A stretch of 64,000 nucleotides of DNA from an uncultured Gammaproteobacteria bacterium (lineage in GTDB: Bacteria > Pseudomonadota > Gammaproteobacteria > CAWCPV01). This document shows positions 31,814 through 43,414 of the stretch, piece after piece. Position 1 is the first letter of the stretch; the number at the start of each line of letters is the position of its first letter. Where the stretch lies: the NCBI GenBank assembly GCA_963797555.1, contig CAWCPV010000016.1, positions 96,001-160,000 on the forward strand, read 5' to 3'. Made by a program: the position numbers and the translations under genes. Below the pieces are notes generated by a model. It was not told where the DNA came from, ran no database searches, and saw only the letters and a program-made list of their open reading frames with translations.

Positions 31814-33088
31814 TTACCCGGACGGTGCGGACCCGCCTATGCCTTGGTTATCCGAAACCTCCGCCATGGCGCGGTCCGCCTCATCACTGAAATCGCGTTC
31901 CACGGATTGGTGCAGCAATTCGAGCTCCCGCTGAAGCCGTCCTCTCCGCGCGTCCGGCAGGACCCGGTCCAGGTGTTCCAGCATGGCGCGCAGCCGACGG
32001 GCCACCTGAATACTGCCCTTGCCATAGTGGCGAATCTCGGTCACGGCGAGCAGGACATAATCCGGCCAGTCCGGCGTGTCGTAGATCAGCCGAAGCTTGC
32101 CGTCCGCATCGCCTTCCCCGGAGTCGAGATTCCGCTTCCCCACATAGAGCAGCAAACGATGGATCTGATCCAGCGCCAGCACGGCGGTCGTCGGATCATT
32201 GATCGCCGGGGACAACGCCTTGTTGGCGATATCGACCATGATGCGAAAGGCAAACCGCGGATCCTGCTCCATCGTCCGCTCGGGACCGATGGCTACGCAT
32301 TGGCGCAACGCATCTTCGTCGACAGGGTGCTGTTCCGAGACCACGCGAAAGAGCGGGTCTCCCTTGGCGATAAAATCGCCGACCTGGGGAACCAACTGGA
32401 TGATCGCATCGGCGCGACGCGCGATCGCGACCAGGTCCGTCGGACTGAACGCCAGGACCGTGCCGGACGCGCCCGTGTGGTCGATGATGCGGGTCGGGGA
32501 AGGCCGTCGCGGGCCGGACGGCGCATTCGATTCGTGCGCGGGGTCGAAGAGATGGGGGTAGACGCTTTCAACGACCCGTCGGCCTTCCAGGCCCACGTCC
32601 TCCAAGATGGCGATCGGGCGCAGCCCGACACCGAGTTGGTAGACGAACCGAACGAACACGATGATGGAAAGCAGGTTCCAGACGACGGCCAGCGCAACCG
32701 GCAATTGCGGAACGGTTTGGTCGACCCGGCTCAGCGCGGCCAGGGTGTAGATGAAGGAAAAGGTAAAGATGCCCAGGACCGTCTCGACCGACCCCCAGGA
32801 AAAGGCCAGGCTGATGATTCGGGGCGTCAACTGCGCGCTGGCCAACTGCACAACGATGATCATCGCGGACAGGACGAAGACGAGAAAGGTCAACATCGAC
32901 CCGGCGAACGCTCCCAGGATGGCTCACGCGCCTTCCGAGTTGAAGTTGAACAAGCTCCAATGGGTGAGCCCGTCCAACCACCGGATCACCGGCGCGGTCA
33001 GCGAGACGGCCAGCAACCCGGCTACCGGCTACAGCCATAAAGAGGACTTGACGAGCGATCGCCAGTGGTAGCGTTGTAACCAGGTCAT
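31814..33088 (-). pseudogene. DUF2254 membrane protein with two nonsense codons
   Basis: QLASAQLTPR, ERTMEQDPRF and ALSPAINDPTTA. In-frame TAG (33029-31) and TGA (32924-26). Confidence 0.8.
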
Positions 33089-33174
33089 TCGCATAACTCC
33101 CACACAGACCTCTTGGCTCGACAAATCGGCATTGCAATTCCATGGCCATGAGCCGTCCGATGAGGATCGCCGGA

Positions 33175-33295
33175 TCGGCTGGCCGACCAGCGCCTCGAGG
33201 ATGCCCAACGAACGGACCATCGGGTGCGCGGGGGTGATGTTGCCATAACCGAGGGTCGTTAGCCTGACAAAGCTGAGCTAGACGAGGTGGGTCAC
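33175..33295 (-). pseudogene. Potassium-channel pore (Ion_trans_2) fragment
   Basis: Reads LV*LSFVRLTTLGYGNITP..EALVGQ. Confidence 0.65.
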
Positions 33296-33569
33296 GGCAA
33301 GACCTTTAGCCCCGAACCGACCTGCACGAGCATCGGCGTGTCCACATCGCGCACGCCTTCGAGATGACCACACCGTAACGCGCAGGTTCGGGCTCCAGGC
33401 CCGTCGCACTCTGACGAGCATGTTCGTGGTCCGGATCCGTCTCCTGGCCGCGCCAGTCGGCGTTCTGGTGGGCGCTATCTTCGTCGCCGGCTGAGCGGGT
33501 TGAGACGCGGGGTGACGCTCTACCGCGACCAGCTCGACGTGACGGGCGGTAGCCATTTCCTGGTAGCAG

Positions 33570-35016
33570 CAGGTGCTGCTGGGCACGTCGAGATAGAGAC
33601 CCCGAGACGCCAGCTCGCTTCCATCGCGTTCGTAGCTGGCGGGACCCATCAGGTCCTTGAGGCGCACCGCGCGGCCGGTGAGATCGGGAAACGGCAGCCG
33701 GACATAGCACTGGCCCTGGTTTGCGGCATAGTTCACGACGACCAGCCGCCGCTGTCCGTCCGGAGCTTCCCAGGACCAAGCGATGAAGCCATCCCACGTC
33801 CCGTTGCCATCCCACGCCGGCACACATTCGAGCAGGCGCCACTGGCCGTCGCGCACGCTCGGCTGCCGTAGGACCGCCAGGAGGCCGTCGTAGAACCGTT
33901 GCACCGCTTCATCGAGGGGCTCCGACGGCGCCCGGACGAGGTGCGGGGAGATGCGCTTCCTGCGGCCTTCGAACTGCCCCTGGTGGAAGAAGCGCAGGCC
34001 GGGCGATAGATAGGTGATGACGGCCGCCGCCTCGTGCACGCCGGGCACGAAGGTCGCGGCCGCTCGGGGCTCGTCGTGGTTTTCCAGGAAGCGGGCAAGC
34101 TTGCTCTGGTAGTCGAGCCCGGCGTAGAGGTGCTCGCGCACCGGCCGCGCGCGGCCCTCGCACAAGCGGTCGTAGAGACGCTTGTCGTACGCGTAGTCGA
34201 AGCCCTGCTGCTGCATCGTCCATTCGAGGTCCCAATACACCTCGGCCATGAAGCAGAAGCCCGGCGCCCGCACGCGACGCGTCGCGTCTGGCCAGAACAG
34301 CGACGCCCGCCGGCCCCAGGTCCGCTCGAAACGTCGGGCAGCACCAGCATGGCCATGTCGCACCGCACCCCGTCGCACTGTCCGGCGATCCTCAGCAGCT
34401 CGCCGATCATCGCCTGCTGTGTAGCCGGACTGCTGTAGTCGAGCTGCAGCGTGTCCGGCCAGCCGGGGAAGTACGGGTCCCGGCCATGGGCCAACAGCAG
34501 GTCTCCCCGCTCGCGCTTGACCCAGGTATAGTTCTGCGGCGCGCGCGCCAGGTCGGCCTCGGTCCCGGGGACGTAGTACTCGGGGTGGTCCTCCACCCAG
34601 GGGTGATCGAGCGCGGTGTGATTCGGGACGAAGTCGAGCATCAGCCGCAGCCCGCGCGCCCGCAAGCACTCCCGCAGCCGCGCCAGCGCCGCATCGCCGC
34701 CCAGGTCCGGATGCACGGTGTAGCCGGTGATCGCGAACCCGGAGCCGGCGATGTCCTCCTCGCGGAGGTCCGGCAGCGTCTCCTGAAAATCCCGGCGCCA
34801 TTCCGGATTGGCGCGGGCGACAGCCTGCCCGGCCGGCCCTGTCCGCCAGACGCTCAGGAGCCAGACCCACTCGAGCCCCATCCCGGCCAGCCGATCGATC
34901 TCGGCGTCCGGAATGTCGTCGAGGGTCGCCGCCCGACCGAGAGACCCGGACAGCTCGGTCAGCCATACGCGCGTGTTGATCTGATAGAGCGAGGGCTGAG
35001 CGGGTGAGGCCTTCAT
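33570..35016 (-). CDS. GH13 alpha-amylase family protein (frameshifted, C-terminus altered)
   Basis: LYQINTRVW, LMLDFVPNH, DGVRCDMAML, AEVYW and RFLENHDEPR. Frame break near 34330. Confidence 0.85.
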
Positions 35017-35018
35017 GT

Positions 35019-37762
35019 CTATACCGCAACTTTTTCCTTTCCACGGACGAAGGCCGCAGCCTTGCCAGCCTCAAGCAACTTCTTCGCATCGAGCAATCCG
35101 AAAAGCTGGATCAGCTTCGCCACCAATCCCGTCCATCCCGTCTGGTGACTCGCACCCAGCCCTGCGCCGTTGTCCCCGTGGAAGTACTCATAGAACAGGA
35201 TGTGGTCCCGCCAGTGCGGATCGGTCTGGAATTTCTCCGTGCCCGCGTACACCGGCCGCCGGCCCCGCGCGTCCCGCAGGAAGGTTCCGGCGAGCCGGTC
35301 TGAGATCTCCTTGGCCACCTCGAAGAGGTTCATCAGCTTGCCTGAGCCCGTCGGGCATTCGATCTTGAAGTTGTCGCCGTAGTACAGGTAGAAACTCAGG
35401 AGCGACCTGATCAGTAGGGCATTGACCGGCATCCAGACCGGACCCCGCCAGTTCGAGTTGCCGCCGAACATGCCGGTGTTGGACTCGCCCGGAAGGTAGT
35501 CCACCCGGTACTCCTGGCCTTGCACGTGAAAAACGAACGGGTTCTGCTCGTGGAACTTGGAAAGCGAGCGGATGCCGTGGGGGCCCAGAAACTCGTTCTC
35601 GTCGAGCATCTTCGTCAGGATCCGGCGCAGCCGCTCCGGGGTGACCATAGCCATGATGCCCCGCTCGTCCACACCGAAATGCCCGGGACCCGTGGGGTGC
35701 ATAGCGGCATAAAGTTCGGGCATCCGGCTCAGGCGTTTGCCGATGAGAGCCATCGCCCGCGGGCAGCGCTCCCGCTGCCATTTCTCGACCACCGTGGTGG
35801 CGCACAGGGGGAGGAGCCCCACCATGGAGCGCACCTTGAGCCTCTGGGCGCTGCCGTCGGGGAGGCGCAGCACGTCGTAGTAGAAGCCGTCCTCCTCGTC
35901 CCACATGCCCTCCTCACCGGTCCGGTTCATGCCCGAGGCGATATAGTAGAAGTGCTCGGCGAATTTGACGACCATGTCCTCGTAGTTGGGGTCGTGGACG
36001 GCAAGCTCGACCGCGAGTTCTCCCATGTTCTGGCTGAAGAGGGCCATCCAGGCCGTGCCGTCCGCCTGCTCCAGGTGGCCGCCGGTGGGGAGCGGGGCGC
36101 TGCGGTCGAAGACGCCGATGTTGTCGAGGCCGAGGAAGCCGCCCTCGAAGACGTTCTTGCCGAAGCGGTCCTTGCGGTTCACCCACCAGGTGAAGTTCAA
36201 CAGCAGCTTGTTGAACGTCTGCCTGAGGAAATCGAGGTCCGTTTCGCCGCGCAGGGCCTGCTCGGTGCGGTGCAGGAAGAGCGTCGCCCAGGCGTGGACC
36301 GGGGGGTTCACGTCGCTGAAGTTCCACTCGTAGGCGGGCATCTGGCCGCTCGGGTGCAGGTAGACGTTCTGGAGCATCAGTTTCATCTGCTCCTCGGCGA
36401 AGTCGGGGTCCACGATCGCGAGCGGGAGCGTGTGGAAGGCCAAGTCCCAGGCCGCGTACCAGGGGTACTCCCACTTGTCGGGCATCGGAGATGATGTCCT
36501 CGTTCAGCATGTGGAACCACTCCGAGTTCCGGGCGTTACGATATCCGGTATGCAGGGGGTTGGAGTGGTGCTCGTCCAGCCAGTTGTCGCCGTCGAAGAA
36601 GAAGAACTGCTTGCTCCAGAGCATGCCGGCGATGCCCTGGCGCATGACGTTGGCCGCGTCCGGGGAGACCGAGGGCGGCGTCACGGAGCGGTAGAACTCG
36701 TCCGCCTCCCGCAGCCGGGCGGCCAGGGTCTTGTCAAAGCCCTGCCCGAAGGGGGCCTTACTGCCCTTACCGCCGGGGGCCCGGTCGGTGAGACGCAGGC
36801 GCACCGTCACGGAGCTGCCCGGGCCGACGGTGAGCCGGTAGTGCGCCGCCGCCTTGGTGCCGCGCCGCTCGGGGTTCACCGCCTCCCGGCGACCCTGGAC
36901 CACGTAGTCGTTGATGCCGTCCTTGAGGTACGGGCCCGCGTCGGGATAGTCGAGGTGGAGCTTGCGCGTGGTTGGTCGAGTTCTCGGTAAATAGGAGCGG
37001 GGGGTTGCCTTCACAGTACAGATAGTAAGGACCCAGTGCAGCATGCGTCGCGGCGATGGCACTCGTGCCCGCGGCTGCCTCGATCTGCTCGAGGTTTGGT
37101 TTCTCGGCCGCTCTGTTGGATTTGGCGATCCACGGCGCCCAGTCGTTGCGGAACCACAGGGTCGGCAACAGGTGCAGGTCGGCCTCCTGCGGCCCCCGGT
37201 TGGCCACGGTGATCTGGATCAGGATATCCTCGGGGCCGTCTTTGGCATACTCCACGAACACGTCGAAGTAGCGGTCCTCATTGAAGACGCCGGTGTCCAG
37301 CAACTCGTATTCGGACTCGTTGCGAGAGCGCCGCCGGTTTGTCTCCACCAGGTCGCTATACGGATAGGCCGCCTGCGGGTACTTGTAGAGATACTTCATG
37401 TACGAGTGGGTCGGCGTGCTGTCGAGATAGAAGTAGTACTCCTTGACGTCCTCGCCGTGGTTGCCCTCGCTGTTGGTGAGCCCGAAGAGGCGCTCCTTGA
37501 GAATGGGGTCCTTGCCGTTCCACAACCCAAGCGCAAAACAGAGCCGTTGCTTGTCGTCGGAGATCCCTCCCAAGCCGTCCTCACCCCAACGATAGGCCCG
37601 GGAACGGGCGTGATCATGAGTGAAGAAGTTCCAGGCATCTCCGTTCTCGCTGTAATCCTCGCGCACGGTTCCCCACTGCCGCTCCGAGAGATACGGCCCC
37701 CATTTCTTCCAGGGAATGTTCTGAATCCGAGCTTCTTCAAGCCGGCTCTGTTCTGCGGTCAT
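35019..37762 (-). CDS. GH63/MGH1-like glucosidase (frameshifted)
   Basis: [36 protein letters not shown] and [20 protein letters not shown]. Breaks near 36970 and 36490. Confidence 0.88.
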
Positions 37763-37885
37763 CGGTTTGCTCCTTCTCTTGCAGTGACATTCTGACGCTC
37801 AAACGCCCCATGGTAGCCCCGTGGACCTGTGGATACCTGTGGACCACTGCTCCATAGTCTTGCCGATCGTTACGGGCGGACGCGG

Positions 37886-38281
37886 CTACGCCGATGGATT
37901 GCTTTCGCTGCGGGCGAAGCGAAGGTACGCCCCAACGGCCAGAAAATTGATCACCACGCCGACCATGTTCCACACAATCACCGGTCGCGACAAAATCAAG
38001 ATGCCGTAATAGACCCACACGGTTTGAAAGACGCCCATAATGGCCGCCATCGTCGGGTTCATGCCCTTGCTTGACCGCCGCCTGAGCATCCCTATCAAGT
38101 CGGGCACGGCGGCAAAGGTCGTTCCGAAACCCGCCACCAAGCCAACGACCTCAGAGCGTTTAAAGCTGGGGACGAGCAGGCTCGACACGTCGTGTACGCC
38201 CAGGTCCGCACAGCCACCGAGCATGATCGCACTCAGCAGGAGAACGCCACGGGTCATCCAGTTGAAGGAATCCCTATTCAT
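37886..38281 (-). CDS. SemiSWEET/PQ-loop family transporter
   Basis: AGFGTTFAAVPDL, WVYYG and PVIVWN in a three-helix pattern. Confidence 0.75.
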   Translation of the reverse strand: MNRDSFNWMTRGVLLLSAIMLGGCADLGVHDVSSLLVPSFKRSEVVGLVAGFGTTFAAVPDLIGMLRRRSSKGMNPTMAAIMGVFQTVWVYYGILILSRPVIVWNMVGVVINFLAVGAYLRFARSESNPSA

Positions 38282-38287
38282 TGCAGC

Positions 38288-38962
38288 CTACTTCTCGGCT
38301 GCGAGCTGGGACGGCCGACGCAGATTGTCCGCCAAGATGTAGACGCTGATGAGAAACACCCAGACCGGAAACACCCCAAAACCCCAGTCCAAGGCCCGGC
38401 TGGCGAACAGCAGGGGCAGCGACAAAGCATAGCCCAGGAACGCCATCCAGCGCGGCGCGAAGCCCGTGCGGATGCCGAGCGTGGAGGTCACGATCATGAA
38501 TACCGCCGCCATCTTGATGGCATAGATGTTCACGATGTTGGACATCAAGGCGCGGGCGAGGGCGAATGCGGGCGAGCCGATCAGGCCTCGCGGTTCGGCA
38601 CCGTAGGCCAGGATGATGGCCCCGAGTGCCGCCGATCCGACGAACAACATGGCCAGGAACAAGAGGCCGCTGCCGAGAAAAACGGTGGCGAAAAAACGGT
38701 CTTCCAAAGCGCCCAGCCGATCACGCAGCACGCCGGTGAACCACAGGAAGGCGATGCCGGCGAAGGGGACCAGGTTCAACGCCAATATGACCCTGCCCTG
38801 GCTCATTTTGAGCCATGCCTCGGGTTTTAGCGGATCGACCGGCATGGAAAGCCGGAGCAGCAAGAGAGCGGTGACCAGCAAGACCGAGAAAACGATGCCG
38901 GCGACGGCAGCGGCCCGGGGGGTTCTCATGTCTTTGCGGGTCAGGGTTTCCTCTTGCGTCAT
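38288..38962 (-). CDS. Hypothetical integral membrane protein
   Basis: About 6 hydrophobic helices; TPRAAAVAG and PFAGIAFLWF motifs; GGGG-type RBS. Confidence 0.75.
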   Translation of the reverse strand: MTQEETLTRKDMRTPRAAAVAGIVFSVLLVTALLLLRLSMPVDPLKPEAWLKMSQGRVILALNLVPFAGIAFLWFTGVLRDRLGALEDRFFATVFLGSGLLFLAMLFVGSAALGAIILAYGAEPRGLIGSPAFALARALMSNIVNIYAIKMAAVFMIVTSTLGIRTGFAPRWMAFLGYALSLPLLFASRALDWGFGVFPVWVFLISVYILADNLRRPSQLAAEK

Positions 38963-39135
38963 GGCTACCCCCTTCAAAACTCCTCAATGCGCGGGAAACA
39001 CAGAGACCGGCGCCCGACCCGGCACACGGGTTGGCCAGGCCATGAGACCCACGATCCTCCGTACCGCCGACGGACTGCGTTCCGCTCCGGCCCGGGTCTC
39101 GCGCGCCTGTCTCGTATCTGGCATGCACTCCCGGT

Positions 39136-40227
39136 CTAACTCGCGGGCACGGTAATCACCGGAGCTTGCGGCACCACGCCGGTCTGGGCGAGCGAGGTGA
39201 GCAACAGCAAAAAGGTGAAAACGCCCTTGGACCGGAAGTCGCGGTTATCGATCCAGAACCAGTGACCGTTGTAACGCACCGCGACAAACGGATTCGCCGG
39301 CGGCTCGGCACCGGAGTGGATCTTTACCAGCGGCTGATCGCGTGGCCCACTGCCAGGGCCGGTAGGCGGGGCCGGGAATGTGCTCCCCTCCCGGACGTCG
39401 GCCGCCGGAACCTCTACCCGGCCGGCCAGCTCGAGCAGAATCTCGAGCATGGAACGGCTGAACAAGGCCAATTCCCGATCGCTGCGCGGCAGCGCTCCGA
39501 AGGTGAGCGTCAGTTCCTGCGCGTCCGGCTTGATGCCGAGCAAGCTGCGGACAAACTGCCTATCCCGCTCGAGCGCCGGGGTGACCTTGCGGTGGAAGCC
39601 GATGAAAGATGTCTCCTCCGGACCGCGTTTTTCGAGCCGGAAGTCGAACCCCTCCGACAACTGCATCCGGCGCAGGGCGTCGAGGAGCGGATAGAACTGC
39701 GGGTCGGCGGCCCGGGCGAACATCGGGCGGCTGGAGCGATTGTAGACCCCGTTGATGGCGCGCAGCGCCAACTGGAAGATCAGGTCTACCGGGTAGCCGG
39801 CCTGAACCAACTGGAACAGGGCAGCCGGCGCAATGGGCCGCAGCAGTTCGCGGGTGAATCTATCGCCTTGCATTGGGGTGTAGGTGATGGTGGGCTTATC
39901 GGTGTAGATGCCGGTTGCCCCCAAGGTGACGCCCCGCCCCAGGGTGTCGGGAAGATTGGGTGTCAGGTTGGACGAGACGGTACCCAGAAGACTCAACTGG
40001 CTCTGGAGCTGATACGAGCTGATGACCGACGATACCTCCAGGAACACCGGCGCGTCGGCGTAGCGCAGCTTCACGATATTGAGCAGGGTCTGCTCCTTCC
40101 AGGAGGTCGTGAGCGCCTCGGCGTAATTCAGGCGATCCCGGTTCACAGAGCCGGCCCCGATGCTCGCACAGGCGGACAACAGCGCTGACACGGGGAGCAG
40201 CAGGGCGAATCGTCGCAGCCTGTTCAC
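39136..40227 (-). CDS. Hypothetical lipoprotein
   Basis: Lipobox LSAC; EQTLLNIVKLRY and DKPTITYTP. Confidence 0.75.
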   Translation of the reverse strand: MNRLRRFALLLPVSALLSACASIGAGSVNRDRLNYAEALTTSWKEQTLLNIVKLRYADAPVFLEVSSVISSYQLQSQLSLLGTVSSNLTPNLPDTLGRGVTLGATGIYTDKPTITYTPMQGDRFTRELLRPIAPAALFQLVQAGYPVDLIFQLALRAINGVYNRSSRPMFARAADPQFYPLLDALRRMQLSEGFDFRLEKRGPEETSFIGFHRKVTPALERDRQFVRSLLGIKPDAQELTLTFGALPRSDRELALFSRSMLEILLELAGRVEVPAADVREGSTFPAPPTGPGSGPRDQPLVKIHSGAEPPANPFVAVRYNGHWFWIDNRDFRSKGVFTFLLLLTSLAQTGVVPQAPVITVPAS

Positions 40228-40300
40228 AAAGCACTGGGCTCCTGTCGGCTCGTCTCGTTGCGGCTGCCCATGATCCCGACGCACCACCCCGCGGCGCAGG

Positions 40301-41611
40301 TCACGGACCAGAGGGGATGCGCCAGAACGGCCGCTGGATCTCTTCGAGCGGCCGGCCCGGCTGGCCTGGCTTGAGCCCGTAGCGGATCAGCGCGACCAGG
40401 TCCGAGCTCACCTTCGGGTCAGAGGTGAAGTAGCTGTGCCCCAGGAAGCCGGGCGTAGCCTTTACCTCGATGAAGTCGAGGAGATAGGCGAGACGGGCGG
40501 CCTTCGCGGCCTGCTCTTTGGTGAGCAGCTCCGGGTTGAGCCGTCCGAGCCGTATGATGCTCCCGAAGAGGTATTGGGAGAGCGTGAGCGCCTTGTCGCT
40601 TGGGGACACGTAGGACGTGATGTGCACGCCGGGACCGGAAAAGACCTTGCGCGGCTGCGGAGCGGCCCCGTAGGGCAGATCGGGATCGGAGACGACGCCG
40701 AAGATCTTCGCCGCCGCGACGTCGGCGTCGATGTCCGGCGCGAGCAGCACGATGTTCTTCAGCTTGAAGCGGTCGGCGACGGAGCTCCCGGCGAGGTAGG
40801 CCTCGATGTTGAGCTCGCGCAGCGCCGAGGCCAGCACGTCCGTGCCGCGGCTGTGTGCCATCAGGTGGATGCGCTCGACGCCGGGAGTCTGCGCGATCAG
40901 GCGGATCGCCTGCTTCAGATGCTGCACGGCGAACTCGCCGGATTCGCGGTCGACGTTGTAGCCCGCCATCATCCCGCGCGATCCGCCGGCCGGCCAGGAG
41001 AAGATCCCGCAGACGAACTGGCGGCCGAAGAAGTGGCAGAGATCGGCCATGCTGAAGGCGGCATCCTGGAAGGTGTTGGCGTAGCCGTGCACGAAGAGGA
41101 CGACTTCCTTGCGGGGCGAGGCTGCGATGCGCCGCGCCACTTCGGCCTGAAGGGCCGCAGCGGCTTGCTCGTGGGCGTCGACCACCGCAGGAGATCGCGT
41201 GATGCCGCCCGGCACGGCTTCGACGTCGTAGGGGATCGGCGGGAAGCGCCCGAGCTCCGTTACCGCACCGAGGTGCAGCTCGAGCGGCAGCGCGCGCGGG
41301 CTCTCCGTGCTCTGCTCGGCCAGGACCGGCCACGAGATCTTCTCGCCGATCTCGACCGTGACCGATCCGAACGCCATCGAGCGCGAGCGATCGGAGCTGT
41401 AGGCGAGCGAGCCGTCCGGCTTGGTCACGGGTGCGCGGTCCGTGACGTAGAGCAAATCGATGGACGTCGTCGCAGGTGCAGGCCCCTTGAAGAGCGGGGG
41501 CGCGGCGGCGCCGGTGTAAATCATCGGAGTCGGCATCAAGACGGGTGCACCTGCGCACCCCACCAGCAGTACGACGGCTCCGAGGACACTAATGGCGCAA
41601 GCTCGTTTCAT
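40301..41611 (-). CDS. DUF900 alpha/beta hydrolase lipoprotein
   Basis: Lipobox LVGC, LYVTDR, FVHGY, FSWP, AHSRG and LAPDID. Confidence 0.85.
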   Translation of the reverse strand: MKRACAISVLGAVVLLVGCAGAPVLMPTPMIYTGAAAPPLFKGPAPATTSIDLLYVTDRAPVTKPDGSLAYSSDRSRSMAFGSVTVEIGEKISWPVLAEQSTESPRALPLELHLGAVTELGRFPPIPYDVEAVPGGITRSPAVVDAHEQAAAALQAEVARRIAASPRKEVVLFVHGYANTFQDAAFSMADLCHFFGRQFVCGIFSWPAGGSRGMMAGYNVDRESGEFAVQHLKQAIRLIAQTPGVERIHLMAHSRGTDVLASALRELNIEAYLAGSSVADRFKLKNIVLLAPDIDADVAAAKIFGVVSDPDLPYGAAPQPRKVFSGPGVHITSYVSPSDKALTLSQYLFGSIIRLGRLNPELLTKEQAAKAARLAYLLDFIEVKATPGFLGHSYFTSDPKVSSDLVALIRYGLKPGQPGRPLEEIQRPFWRIPSGP

Positions 41612-41649
41612 GGTGCGACTGCTGCGTTGTCAGAAGCCCGCCGCGGGCA

Positions 41650-42207
41650 TCAGCCGCCCAGCATCGCCTTCTTGAGGTTCGCCTGGACCGGTTTGTCACC
41701 CAGCCAGACCTTCATCAGAGCCCGATTGAATGCCTCGCCGGCGATGGAGCCCTTCGCCTCACCGTTCCATGTGATCTTCGTGGCGGCGTCCACGAAGTCG
41801 AGCGTGATCACGTCCTTCTCCTTCACGTTCTTGAAGGCCTTCATGCTCGACACGAGCTGGTCGACCTCCGGCTTGATTGCGGCACGCTCCTGCGGCGTCG
41901 TATTGGCGTCAATGCCTTCGACGAGCGCATCGACGACTTGGTCGGCCGACAGGTTGCGCAGCAGGTTCATCTGCACGCGGCGCGGGGATTGGGCCAGCAC
42001 CTCCTCTAAAGTGGTTGCTTTATGCGGCAGGTAGAGGCTGCCGACGTAGACCTTGAACATCGCCTTGATGCGCACACCCGCACCGTTCAGCACGAGCGCT
42101 TGGCCGCCGACACTGACCTTGTCGGCGAGATCGATGCCACCGACCTCGGCGGCTAGGGTGCTGCCCGAAAGCAGCAGTGCGAGCATCGTTGCGAACAGCT
42201 TTTCCAT
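41650..42207 (-). CDS. Chalcone isomerase-like secreted protein, copy 1
   Basis: LVLNGAGVR, KVYVGSLYL and VWLGDKP..LKKAMLG. Confidence 0.85.
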   Translation of the reverse strand: MEKLFATMLALLLSGSTLAAEVGGIDLADKVSVGGQALVLNGAGVRIKAMFKVYVGSLYLPHKATTLEEVLAQSPRRVQMNLLRNLSADQVVDALVEGIDANTTPQERAAIKPEVDQLVSSMKAFKNVKEKDVITLDFVDAATKITWNGEAKGSIAGEAFNRALMKVWLGDKPVQANLKKAMLGG

Positions 42208-42409
42208 CGTCACTACCTCTTGGTCGTGTCTGCGAACCGGCAAGCCCTGCGGTCAAAGCCGCGGGCATAGCATCGAGGCACCCCGCTCCCTAGCCGCCCT
42301 TGGCTTGCGCGGAAGAATACGCCACTACGCGAGCGGGCGCTAGGTAACGAGGTCCGCCCGCTGGTCGCCGAAAGGTGGCCTTAGCCCCGACCGTAGCCGA
42401 AGGCACCGC

Positions 42410-42432
42410 GGCGTTTTTCAACAGCCTGCTAA
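42410..42432. mobile_element. IS5/IS1182-like terminal repeat remnant
   Basis: TTTTTCAACAGCCTGCTA sits where the HD gene is truncated. No transposase nearby. Confidence 0.45.
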
Positions 42433-42840
42433 GCTCCAGTGGGTCGGCGGGGCATGCGTTACGTCCCGGACGTTGGCAATCTTGTCGGCCAGTTTGATGA
42501 GCGCCGCGTCCGCGGACAGATCTTGGGCATGCGCCGCCTGGAGGCGCTTGCGCTCGGCCTTGGGCAAGCGTTTGTCGCCGGTCACCTCCTCCACCAGCGA
42601 CCTCACGAGCGCTCCGAAGGCGGCTTCGATCTCCTCGGGAGTCGTGGCCGTGTCTTCCAGGTATCGTGCAGGAGAGCCGCCACCAGCACCTCAGCGTCGC
42701 TGACTCCCCCGACCTTGGCGAGCAGCAGGGCGACGGCCACGGGGTGATTGACGTAAGGCGAGGCCCGGTGGTCCTTACGCCGCTGGTCCCGGTGCCTGTG
42801 GGCGGCAAAATCGATTGCCTGCAGCAGAAGCAAGGCGGGG
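42432..42840 (-). pseudogene. Mesh1/SpoT-like HD hydrolase, truncated and frameshifted
   Basis: HRDQRRK, PYVNHP, AALLHDT, LVEEVT.DK and IKLADKIAN. Confidence 0.8.
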
Positions 42841-43090
42841 CGATGGCGCAGCCGGAGTCTGAGTACGTCTTCGACCAGCAGGTGCACTGGTAGCCCCTCC
42901 CGCTGCAGGCTCTCCGGGCGGCTCACTGCCTGCTGCACGCGCACTCGCGACCCGCGATTCAACACCCACCGCACTCCCATCGATGGTCAGGACGGCGGTT
43001 CTCTCCCCGCCCCGCCGCCGTGTGCGCTTGCCAAGTCCCTTGCTCGAATGCTCCTTCGATGGTAGCCTTCCGTCCACTCCAACCCTGAAT
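42840..43090 (+). repeat. About 250-bp non-coding module with sigma70-like promoter, copy 1
   Basis: Homologous to the reverse complement of 56830-57070. Contains TTGCTC-N17-TAGCCT. Confidence 0.75.
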
Positions 43091-43165
43091 GCGATTGGAT
43101 TTCCTATCCCTCGCATGCACCCATGTCCCCACCATCAGATCACTAATGCACTGAGGAGATGCATC

Positions 43166-43414
43166 ATGAGCTATCGCGCAACAGTCCTTTTGCTACTGGC
43201 AGCAACCGCGATTCCGGTCTTTGCCCAGCAACCGAATGCGAAACAGGAACTCGAGATGCTCCGCAGCCACTGCCAGGCTGATATTCAGCGCCTGTGCCCC
43301 GGTGTGAAGCCGGGCGGTGGTGCGATCAAGCAGTGCCTGATGCAGCAGAAGGACCAGGTGTCCGTGGGCTGTGCCAAGGCATTGCAGCAGATAAAAGAGA
43401 TGCACAAAGGTTAG
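43166..43414 (+). CDS. Small secreted cysteine-rich-repeat protein
   Basis: GAGGAG RBS, signal peptide, CQADIQRLC, GGGAIKQCL and VSVGC. Confidence 0.8.
   Translation: MSYRATVLLLLAATAIPVFAQQPNAKQELEMLRSHCQADIQRLCPGVKPGGGAIKQCLMQQKDQVSVGCAKALQQIKEMHKG

Noticed and set aside
32924-33031. Stop-codon reassignment or readthrough
   Set aside because: TAG and TGA terminate many intact genes here (brxL and glrR end in TAG, brxB in TGA), so nonsense decay is simpler.
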